This document shows, piece by piece, positions 18,270-26,145 of a stretch of 64,000 bases of DNA. Under the pieces are notes generated by a model that did not search any database, had not been told where the DNA came from, and worked only from the letters and a program-made list of their open reading frames with translations. This stretch comes from Candidatus Aquidulcis sp. (GTDB lineage: Bacteria; Chloroflexota; Anaerolineae; UBA4142). Each line of letters opens with the position of its first letter. Within the stretch, counting starts at the first letter, position 1. Made by a program: the position numbers and the translations under genes. The stretch covers positions 43,349-107,348 of the forward strand of contig DYJA01000011.1 in the NCBI GenBank assembly GCA_020723345.1. The letters run 5' to 3'.

Positions 18270-19043
18270 CTATTCCTTGGGCGTGGTGCCTGGGGGGATC
18301 TCTTCAAATTCGACGCGCAGATCGCGCGCCCGCTCCAAGTCCGCAAGGGCGATTCGGTCTATCATACCGCGTCCCTGCCGAATCGGACTTGAATAGCGAT
18401 GTCCATTCCATTGGATAGATACGCGCAAGAGCTCGGACAACGAAGTTGAGGAGGCGAGGTGAATTTCGATTTGAACTTGGGTGGAGTCTTCAGTGCGACG
18501 CGTCCACAGTTCGACCATCACCTCGCGTTTGCCTAGCGTGAAGGTATCGGAAAGAAGGAGCGACCTGGCTCCGGGTTGGGATTGATCGCGCAGCGCAATC
18601 GCCGGCGCGGGGAATGCGACCAGCCGCTGCAAATGTCCAGCGTGAATAGTGAATCCGAAACCTAGCGGCGCGCCGCCAATGCGTGAACGAACGTGCCTGT
18701 TCCAGGCGGCATCTTCCCTTTGCGCCACCAGAAACGGTAATGGTTGCGCCGCCTTGATGGAAGGCAAGCCATCGCTTTCCGGCGTGGAACTATTCGACGT
18801 GGCTTCGATCAGCAAAATGTAGGAGGCACGACAGCGATCGCAAGACTGCAAATGTTCCCAAACGGCTGGATAGAGCGTTCGAACCTTCTCTCCGCGTTTT
18901 TCGCTGTCTACGTAGAACTCGATGAGTGATTCAACTTCGACGTGGGAGAGACGCCGAGCTTGGATTGCGTCAGGCACAGACGCAATCGCCTGCGCTAAAT
19001 GCTGGAAGCGCAGCGCCCGTGGATCCTTTTTTCGTCTATTCAT
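18270..19043 (-). CDS. zf-HC2-type putative anti-sigma factor (cytoplasmic)
   Basis: 257 aa. HLQSCDRCRASY (H-x3-C-x2-C). Lies between the sigma and CHAT genes. Confidence 0.5.
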   Translation of the reverse strand: MNRRKKDPRALRFQHLAQAIASVPDAIQARRLSHVEVESLIEFYVDSEKRGEKVRTLYPAVWEHLQSCDRCRASYILLIEATSNSSTPESDGLPSIKAAQPLPFLVAQREDAAWNRHVRSRIGGAPLGFGFTIHAGHLQRLVAFPAPAIALRDQSQPGARSLLLSDTFTLGKREVMVELWTRRTEDSTQVQIEIHLASSTSLSELLRVSIQWNGHRYSSPIRQGRGMIDRIALADLERARDLRVEFEEIPPGTTPKE

Positions 19044-19082
19044 TTCGATCCCTCCTTGCTTCTGTTCCCAATTGACTCATTC

Positions 19083-19928
19083 CTACTTCTTCTGATGCGT
19101 TTTCCGGTCTTTTTCTTGCGGTGAGATTTGACGCGTGAGAACCCTTTTCAGATGCACGAGCGCCCGATGGCGCAAGTTGTAAACCGCTTGCTTGCTCTTG
19201 CCTAGTCGTCGCGCGATTTGAGTATCGTCCAACCCGCGCAGCAATGTATCTTGAATCACCTGTCGCTGCGCCGGATGGAGTTGGGCAATCACATTCAGCA
19301 GGAGCGTTTGATTTTCGATTTTTTCGAAAGGTGCCGACGACTGCCCATCCGCGAGCATTTCACCCAGGGTATTACCGGCGTGTTCGTTGGCAATGTCAGG
19401 AGCATCCAGCGATTCAGGCGCATTCGCACGATCCATAACATCGGTGCTGCGCGAATAGCGAGTCAGAATGAGATTCTTGAGAATGGTAGTCGCCCACGCT
19501 TCAAACGCGACGTCGAACGGGTAACGTTCCTCGAAAATGATTAGGCACGTCTCATTTGCGAAATCAAGCGCCTCCGCCCACGCTTCCGTTCCATTCCTAA
19601 ACCGTTGAACGAGCCGGTACGCGCGGCGCGCCAGAAACTCGCGGAGCCGTTCCCATTCTGTGGCATCCGCTTTTTCGAGCGCGTCAATGCAGTCGTGTTC
19701 GCGGCTAAGATGCAGGAGGACGCTGTCAACATAGTCCGCAAACATGAGAGATTGACGTTGGGCACGATTGGCGGCAAAGCGCTGGAATCGCCCGTTGTTC
19801 AGATTGCCTTGGACAATCAGAGTCGCCCGGTCTTCAGAAGGAACAAAGCAATCGGGCGAAGTTCGGCGCAGGGCAGCGATCCGCCTGCGACAGAGCGTTC
19901 GGATGGAATTGCGATCGGACTTGGGCAT
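19083..19928 (-). CDS. ECF-type sigma-70 family sigma factor with N-terminal extension
   Basis: Region 2 ETCLIIFEERYPFDVAFEAWATTILKNLILTRY. Region 4 LHPAQRQVIQDTLLRGLDDTQIARRLGKSKQAVYNLRHRALVHLKR. Confidence 0.8.
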   Translation of the reverse strand: MPKSDRNSIRTLCRRRIAALRRTSPDCFVPSEDRATLIVQGNLNNGRFQRFAANRAQRQSLMFADYVDSVLLHLSREHDCIDALEKADATEWERLREFLARRAYRLVQRFRNGTEAWAEALDFANETCLIIFEERYPFDVAFEAWATTILKNLILTRYSRSTDVMDRANAPESLDAPDIANEHAGNTLGEMLADGQSSAPFEKIENQTLLLNVIAQLHPAQRQVIQDTLLRGLDDTQIARRLGKSKQAVYNLRHRALVHLKRVLTRQISPQEKDRKTHQKK

Positions 19929-20269
19929 AGATGAACTGCCAGGGACAAAGAAAAGTGGCGAACCGAGTGAAAGAAAAATGCGCTAGATTACATCATCTAT
20001 TGTGAGAAGTACGAATCTGAAGAGTTCAAACCTTGTCTGGACTGTAGCATACTTTACTTACACTGTCAATCAATTGGCATCATCCATCAGGGCGATTGCA
20101 TACGACCATTTTTCAATCAAAAGTGGGAGACGATTTTCACTGAACTGCCACATTTGAAGCCGTCATCCCTAAAAACTGTTGTAGAAACAACGCAAGTGGG
20201 AGAAAAAAGTTCAAATGCGATTGCCCTACATCATCCATTATCGGATCGTGTTTCATCTCGAGGCAGAAT

Positions 20270-20587
20270 GTGGCAATAGTGGAGATTTGGAAAGCCAAGC
20301 CATCTTGGTTTACCTTACCATTGAGCATTAGAAAGAAAATTGTCGAACGGCTAACGGATGTGATCGCTTCGCCGCACTTTTCTGGCAATGGATCCCAGGA
20401 TGCTGGGCCATTCCTCATTCAGAAGGAAGGAATCTGTCTTTTGGTCTGGATATCGCACACGGACGAAACCGCAGGCGCAGCAAGATATGCGGAGAGTGGC
20501 CTGACAGAGTATTGTGAGCCACTGGTTTATGCAACGGCTACAAATGTCCTTGCCGCAAAGGTATTGGCAGAAAAGCTATCGGGTTGA
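20270..20587 (+). CDS. Hypothetical small protein (GTG start)
   Basis: 105-aa ORF with no recognisable motif. The N-terminus IVEIWKAKPSWFTLPLSIRKKI is vaguely darcynin-like. Confidence 0.35.
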   Translation: MAIVEIWKAKPSWFTLPLSIRKKIVERLTDVIASPHFSGNGSQDAGPFLIQKEGICLLVWISHTDETAGAARYAESGLTEYCEPLVYATATNVLAAKVLAEKLSG

Positions 20588-20654
20588 AAGACCAAGGCGA
20601 ACTGCATGCCTTGGCTGAATGCCACAGAGGATCTCCGAAATAATCACTCGGATC

Positions 20655-20840
20655 TGGAACCTGGGTAGCACCCCACACAATCGTGGAGCATGTCTTGTAG
20701 CCCCAAAAGCATCGCTTTTCGTGGCGATTTTGCCCCATTTCTGGCGGTTTTCCGCTACCTTTGGGTGACTCCACGATATGATGTGGTGCTACCGGAACCT
20801 GGGTGTCCCAGAATTTAACCGGATGTTAACCCAGGTTCCG
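20655..20840. repeat. Nested inverted repeats / MITE-like remnant
   Basis: GGTAGCACCCCACACAATCGTGGAG (20664-20688) versus CTCCACGATATGATGTGGTGCTACC (20769-20793). A perfect 12-bp stem CGGAACCTGGGT (20793-20804) pairs with ACCCAGGTTCCG (20829-20840). A third GGAACCTGGGT copy lies at 20656. Confidence 0.5.
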
Positions 20841-20985
20841 TCTGTTTTCGAGTATAATATGATATGACCTATACGACTGATATGAATATAGCAGGTGTGT
20901 AGACTTGCGTCAGTTGGAGTGTAGAATCATGCGCTCCCAAAAGTAATCGTCTGTATGTTCAAATATTCCTTTGAGGAGACAGGCA

Positions 20986-21197
20986 ATGTCGCTGGCAGAT
21001 TTGAACACCCGCAAGTTTGAGGAACTTGTTGCCGATGGGTTTGAGCACCTCTGGGATTATTCGTATCTTGGTACGCACCCCCTTATTGAACTCCAGAGTG
21101 TTAAACAGCGTGTACTTGGGAACGCAAAACCGTGCCATGTCGATGTAGGGCGTGTGCTCAACGGCGTCCTGCAAGACGCAATTGAGAGCCTAAAACC
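20986..21197 (+). pseudogene. 5' part of an HTH (sigma-70 region-4/LuxR-like) regulator gene split by an IS
   Basis: SD GAGGAG then ATG 20986. MSLADLNTRKFEELVADGFEHLWDYSYLGTHPL...DAIESLKP, ending at the target duplication GAGCCTAAAACC. Confidence 0.7.
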
Positions 21198-22683
21198 AAT
21201 ACGGTTTATTTAAGGATCACCACAGACTCAACGAACGGTGTGGAGGGTCGAGCCGGGTGACGATGCTGTGGACGCTTCAAGCGAAACTTGGACATCTTCC
21301 GCTTGACCACCCGCGGATTGATGCGGTGATCACGTTCGGGCAAGCGTTGTTGAGCAATATCGCGCAACAGTCGCTGATACAGCTCCCGGTGCTGCGCCGT
21401 ATCTACCAACTGGAACTCGGGAATCGCTTGCTGAATGATCCGTAACGAGTTGGTGAAACTCAGCCGATCCGGATCCTGGTCCACGCTCAACGCCGCTTCG
21501 TGCATCAGGACCCGAATGGCAAAGTGCGCCAACAGCCCGCCATACAATTCCTGCCGCACTCCGACAGGTTTATGACTCCGCAGGGGGCGTCCCGGCAGAT
21601 GTTGGTGGGTGTCCAATTCGTCAATCGTGATCTCGATTTCCCAGCGTTCGTGATACCCCACGATCAGTTCCAACGCGGGATACTGCTCGGCATCCAGCAA
21701 TGAGGTAATGAGCCGATGGGTTTCGCCGTATCCCGGCTGCTGGGGATCATGGAACGTATACTCGATCACCCGCACCAAGATTCCGTCCCGGCGGTGGCGA
21801 CGGGCTTTGGGCGACGGATAGAGATATGCCAAGAACGAACCATCCGCCCGGTAGCGCACTGGGGTCAAAATCACGTTGGCGGGCACGCGTCCCAAGATGT
21901 GCGCCCCGGTAGCGAGTGCGGCGCGCAGCAATTCATAACCGAAAAAGCCGCGATCCCACGTCACCAGCATTCCTTTGCGGACGCTACGGAGTAGGCGTTG
22001 GGCGGCGGCGCGCTCGCTCATATGGCAGGCCCCGAAGATCGCATCACAAATGACGTGCGTGGCGCACTCGATCAGGTACACCGCTTTGACTTGCGGAAAA
22101 GCACTCTCGCCGCGATCACTGTGATGCCGCCCAAACGTTTCTGCATTGGCCGGGGTGTCGGGAACATCTTCGGAGGCACCGTCAATCGCCATGACGCGCA
22201 AACCGAAGAGAAAAGCGCCACGCGTCACCGTTGTGGCAATCGGCTGGCAGACCGAGTGAAAGAGTGCTTCCAGGGGCTTGTCGCCCAGCCGGGCGCGCGC
22301 CTGGGAAATCGCACTTTTCCCGGCCAGCGGATATTCCCCATCACCGAAGAGCAAGCGCACGCCTTGCACCATGCGCCGCAACACTTGGGGAAGGTCTTCG
22401 ACTGGGAAGAGGTTCATGGCGATGACCAGCAAGACGCACGCCGCGGCGGGCAACTTGCGAACGCGTTCCTCGGCAACACCACAGGTGCGGACGAGGCTCT
22501 GAATCTGTTGGAAAGGAACGGCTTTCTCGATAGCGGCGAGTTTCACGGCATCGGTGAACCTTTCGCCGGACTCGAACACGCGAAGGCGCACTTGCATTAG
22601 GCAGCTCCGACATGCAGAAGATGCCCAAGAATACCACAACTAGGTGCTTGGAGTCACTTCGTTCGTCTTAACTAAACCGTATT
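21198..22683 (-). mobile_element. IS4-family insertion sequence (1486 bp)
   Basis: IRs AATACGGTTTATTTAAG (21198-) and the reverse complement of CTTAACTAAACCGTATT (-22683), 16/17 identical. 12-bp direct target duplication GAGCCTAAAACC at 21186-21197 and 22684-22695. Confidence 0.85.
21206..22597 (-). CDS. IS4-family DDE transposase
   Basis: Trimmed to ATG 22597 (MQVRLRVFESGERFTD.., IS4 N-terminal domain). DRGFFGYELL and YHERWEIEITIDELD motifs. The stop codon lies inside the left IR. Confidence 0.9.
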   Translation of the reverse strand: MQVRLRVFESGERFTDAVKLAAIEKAVPFQQIQSLVRTCGVAEERVRKLPAAACVLLVIAMNLFPVEDLPQVLRRMVQGVRLLFGDGEYPLAGKSAISQARARLGDKPLEALFHSVCQPIATTVTRGAFLFGLRVMAIDGASEDVPDTPANAETFGRHHSDRGESAFPQVKAVYLIECATHVICDAIFGACHMSERAAAQRLLRSVRKGMLVTWDRGFFGYELLRAALATGAHILGRVPANVILTPVRYRADGSFLAYLYPSPKARRHRRDGILVRVIEYTFHDPQQPGYGETHRLITSLLDAEQYPALELIVGYHERWEIEITIDELDTHQHLPGRPLRSHKPVGVRQELYGGLLAHFAIRVLMHEAALSVDQDPDRLSFTNSLRIIQQAIPEFQLVDTAQHRELYQRLLRDIAQQRLPERDHRINPRVVKRKMSKFRLKRPQHRHPARPSTPFVESVVILK

Positions 22684-22879
22684 GAGCCTAAAACCGGCTG
22701 GTCCCCGCTCGGATCTTTCAAGGGAAAAACATTACCACACCATTTTGTACAAGGCGTATGTTGAAGGAGTTCAGAACAAAGCGATTTCAACTTCTCTAAA
22801 CATCGGCGAACGGACGTTGTATCGCTATAGCACCAAGGCAATACAGATCGCCGCGCGGATCCTACGCGATTGGGAATAA
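22684..22879 (+). pseudogene. 3' part of the IS-split HTH regulator gene
   Basis: SLKPAGPRSDLSREKHYHTILYKAYVEGVQNKAISTSLNIGERTLYRYSTKAIQIAARILRDWE. Joining 21197 to 22696 restores one 131-codon ORF in frame. Confidence 0.7.
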
Positions 22880-23072
22880 CCTCCACCCATATCCGGTTGC
22901 AGCACACAATTGGTGGCATAGAAGTGGCAGATATGTGGCAGAAAATCCATTGTGTAATGAGACGTAAGAGATTATATTGTTGTACGACTATCTCCACTTC
23001 ATAGACATTGTGCTACCTCATAGGGACGCTTCTTGTCTGGTGCGTTGCATGGCGCGAGGAGGAGGATAATCC

Positions 23073-23339
23073 ATGGAACCAAGGGAACCGATCACGATCA
23101 ATACGACTGATTTGCGCATCAAGACACGAGATCTTATGGAACGTGTCAAATTCAACGGCGAGCGATTCATTGTGGAGACTTTTGGACGCCCAATGGTAGT
23201 GATAATTAGTCTCGATGATTTTATGCGCGTGAAAGAGATATTGTGCAACCAAGCGCATCAGGTCCCTGACTCGCATTCAAATGATAACTTGACCATGGCT
23301 TGTCGGAATAACGAGCCTCGGAAGATAGTTCGGAAATGA
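23073..23339 (+). CDS. Phd/YefM-family type II antitoxin (no cognate toxin gene seen)
   Basis: SD GAGGAGGAGG. ..INTTDLRIKTRDLMERVKFNGERFIVETFGRPMVVIISLDDF.. Confidence 0.75.
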   Translation: MEPREPITINTTDLRIKTRDLMERVKFNGERFIVETFGRPMVVIISLDDFMRVKEILCNQAHQVPDSHSNDNLTMACRNNEPRKIVRK

Positions 23340-23374
23340 GATCGATCTGATCTTTAGCGTAACAGTTGCGCAAC

Positions 23375-25235
23375 CAGAGCCAGAATCAAAGAAATAGCTC
23401 TGGTTTTGACATGCTGAAAGTGCTCTAATCGGCTAAACTGAGCGTCGGAGGTGGTTGATGAACCTATCCGGCGTTGAGTTCACTGAGTGCCAAACTGAGC
23501 ACGGGTTGTTGATCGCTTTCGGTGAGTTTGCACGACACACTGGATTGATCTCTGGGATGATGCAGGTTCGCATTCCCCAGAAAGTCCAACGCCAAGTTGG
23601 AGCCGTGCCCCCACAGACCAAGCTGATCGAGTTGAGTGCGGGTCTCCTGGCGGGCATGGAGTATCTGCAAGACTTGAGCCTGGGACATCACCCGCTCGCC
23701 AAAGATCAAGCGGTGGCAGAAGCATGGGCGCAAGCCCGCTTCGTGCATTACTCAAACGTTAGTCGGACCTTGGAAGCATGTGACGCGATCACGGTCCAAG
23801 ATCTACGCACCGTGATTGCACGGTTCAACCAACCGTTCATTGCCGAAGCGATCCACGATGAACTCCGGGCGGGGCGTGAGATCATTTTTGATTTGGACTT
23901 GACGGGGCAACCCGTCAGTTCGACCAGTCAGACCTATCCCGACGTCGCCTTTGGCTGGATGAATAACCAAATCCGCTTGGGCTATCAATTAGCGCGCGTG
24001 TGCGTGCAGACGGAACGCTATGGTCGGATCTGGCTGGATGGGTTTCATCATCCCGGTGATACCGTCTCCATGAACTGCGTCAAAGAATTAATCTGGGCGG
24101 CCGAACAACAAGCTGACGTGCGACCGCGTCGCCGCCCCGAGTTAGTCACGCAGCGCATTGAAAAGTTACAATCACGTATTCGGCGACTCGAAGGTCTGTG
24201 TGCTCGTCAAGAGACCACGCTGACCGCCTTGAAAACCAAAGTGGGCGAACGCCTCGGGCGATATTATCAGCTCGCTCAAGCATCCAAGAAAAGGATGCCG
24301 CCCGCTCAAACTGAGCGTATTTCCAGCCGTATTTCAACGGTTTGCGCACAGTTGGACAAGCTCCACTCCCAACTCGCACACCGGCAAGCTGTATTGAGCA
24401 GACAGCGCGAGCGCCTGCAAAAGATTCTCGCCGAACAGAAACGTTTGCAGGCATGGCGTGCGCAACTGGAAGCAGACAACCGCCTGAACCCCAATGCGCC
24501 GGTTTGTGTCTGTCGCAATGATGCGGGCTTTTGTTCAGGTGAAAACTTGACCTGGCAGATTGAGATGGGTTATCAGGTCGAAACGAAATCGCCCAGCGGC
24601 AAAATCACGGTCGCTTTGCAGCAGCGTTGCACATCGCAGACACCCTGGACGCGCGTAGGACAGAATGCCGAGATGATCGACTGGGCAGACTATCGCATGA
24701 AAGAGTGTCCGTATCCCTTGCGGGTGGGGTTGGAACGTTTCGCCTTGGGTCAACAGCTCAAGCACAGTGTCTTGATCATGTACCGGGACACACCGCAACG
24801 ACCCAGTCTACCGCAATGGTTCAAGCACTACAACAGTCGGCAGATCATTGAAGCCGGCAACAAACAAATGAAAACAGTTCATCACGTTCAACACTTGATG
24901 AGTCATGCCAAGTATGGCATTCAGATCCAAGTCTTGCTAACGGGACTGGCCTGCAACCAGACGCAGTTCATCCAACCGTGGTTGCACTCGGCCAGTGAGA
25001 AGCTCACACCCCAGATTCAAGCGGACTTGGGCAGTCCCAAAACCATGGTTCGGATCATGGCGAACTCGACGGCCAGTGTGCAGCGCACTGCCAAGAGTAC
25101 CGTGTTGGTGTTCGCTCAAGCCAGTTCCATGCCGGATTTCAAATTGTGCATGCATGGCTTGCCGCTCCATCAGTTGAATTTGGGGCTGTTCCAGCCGTTG
25201 CAAAATGTGGGAGCAAAACCTTGATTGCGCCTCTG
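23375..25235 (+). mobile_element. IS4-like insertion sequence (about 1.86 kb)
   Basis: IRL CAGAGCCAGAATCAAAG versus the reverse complement of the right end, CAGAGGCGCAATCAAGG (13/17). 9-bp direct repeat TTGCGCAAC at 23366-23374 and 25237-25245. The right boundary is uncertain by 1 nt. Confidence 0.7.
23458..25224 (+). CDS. DDE transposase, IS4-like, with coiled-coil insert
   Basis: SD GGAGGTGG then ATG 23458. Candidate catalytic D residues in DLDLTG and RNDAGF. YNSRQIIEAGNKQMK fits the Y-2-R-3-E-6-K signature. The stop lies inside the right IR. Confidence 0.85.
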   Translation: MNLSGVEFTECQTEHGLLIAFGEFARHTGLISGMMQVRIPQKVQRQVGAVPPQTKLIELSAGLLAGMEYLQDLSLGHHPLAKDQAVAEAWAQARFVHYSNVSRTLEACDAITVQDLRTVIARFNQPFIAEAIHDELRAGREIIFDLDLTGQPVSSTSQTYPDVAFGWMNNQIRLGYQLARVCVQTERYGRIWLDGFHHPGDTVSMNCVKELIWAAEQQADVRPRRRPELVTQRIEKLQSRIRRLEGLCARQETTLTALKTKVGERLGRYYQLAQASKKRMPPAQTERISSRISTVCAQLDKLHSQLAHRQAVLSRQRERLQKILAEQKRLQAWRAQLEADNRLNPNAPVCVCRNDAGFCSGENLTWQIEMGYQVETKSPSGKITVALQQRCTSQTPWTRVGQNAEMIDWADYRMKECPYPLRVGLERFALGQQLKHSVLIMYRDTPQRPSLPQWFKHYNSRQIIEAGNKQMKTVHHVQHLMSHAKYGIQIQVLLTGLACNQTQFIQPWLHSASEKLTPQIQADLGSPKTMVRIMANSTASVQRTAKSTVLVFAQASSMPDFKLCMHGLPLHQLNLGLFQPLQNVGAKP

Positions 25236-25428
25236 ATTGCGCAACCGCTACGTTAGGGTTAGATTTTTTGTTCAAGGGCGAACGACTTTCAAACCCAACC
25301 AAACAGCTGATTCAATGTTGGTGTTCATGCCACGATTCTATGGGGTGCCGTCGAAACCCTGAGATGTTCCTGATTTTCAGCCGGCATAGGCAAGTCCTAA
25401 ATAGCCGGTTAGGTGAGGAGATTGTCAA

Positions 25429-26088
25429 ATGAACTTATGGAAAATTGGCTCGTTGATGGCTCTTGCTATGCTGGTAGCGTGCTCATTGCCGTTTATCAAT
25501 GCAGATGCGCCTACGCCCACCGCGTCGGCACCTGAAAGGAAGCCGGTAGCGCCAGTAGGTCAACCGACACAAGTATCTATTCCGACTTCGGTTTCTACTC
25601 GGCAAACTCTCGTACCTGGAGGAACGGCGACTTCTGCGGCTATCACACCAACGCCGCCAGCGACTGTTGCTTCAACTCCCTCATCCAATTCAGCCATACC
25701 CACGAATGCATTGCCCAGTGTAGTAGGACCTGTTTCTTGCGGAACGCGGGCGCAGACATCCGGCATGCTTATCATAGAAATCAAGAATTGGTTTGATGCT
25801 CCTCTCTCTTTCACTGTGGACTTGATGAGTTCGGTTAGTATTCCAGCGAAACCCTTTAACACTACGAACATACCCTATTGCTTTGAAATTCGCCCCGGCA
25901 GCCACAAATGGAAAGTATCTATTCGCCACCAAACACTAGAGGGCAACGCCGAAGTTCCCACGAGTGGGAAATTTGGACTAAGCTTCTGTCCAACCAAAGA
26001 GGACCAACCGGGCTATATCACAACGGAAGGTTGTGGATCGCGTTGTCTGGGCTGTCCTCCTGGGGATGACAATGGCGGTGGACATTGA
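25429..26088 (+). CDS. Lipoprotein with Pro/Thr-rich linker; first gene of the large same-strand array
   Basis: SD GGTGAGGAG. Lipobox MLVAC. Cys-rich C-terminus GCGSRCLGCPPGDD. Confidence 0.6.
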   Translation: MNLWKIGSLMALAMLVACSLPFINADAPTPTASAPERKPVAPVGQPTQVSIPTSVSTRQTLVPGGTATSAAITPTPPATVASTPSSNSAIPTNALPSVVGPVSCGTRAQTSGMLIIEIKNWFDAPLSFTVDLMSSVSIPAKPFNTTNIPYCFEIRPGSHKWKVSIRHQTLEGNAEVPTSGKFGLSFCPTKEDQPGYITTEGCGSRCLGCPPGDDNGGGH

Positions 26089-26145
26089 TCTGAAAACAGG
26101 ATTGCAGGCGCACAACGTTCATCAAATCCTCTGTGAGGGTGATTT

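Noticed and set aside
23375-23408. Hairpin CCAGAGC...GCTCTGG followed by TTTT, first read as the terminator of the Phd gene
   Set aside because: It lies inside the left inverted repeat region of the IS (IRL starts at 23375), so it is better explained as IS-end structure.
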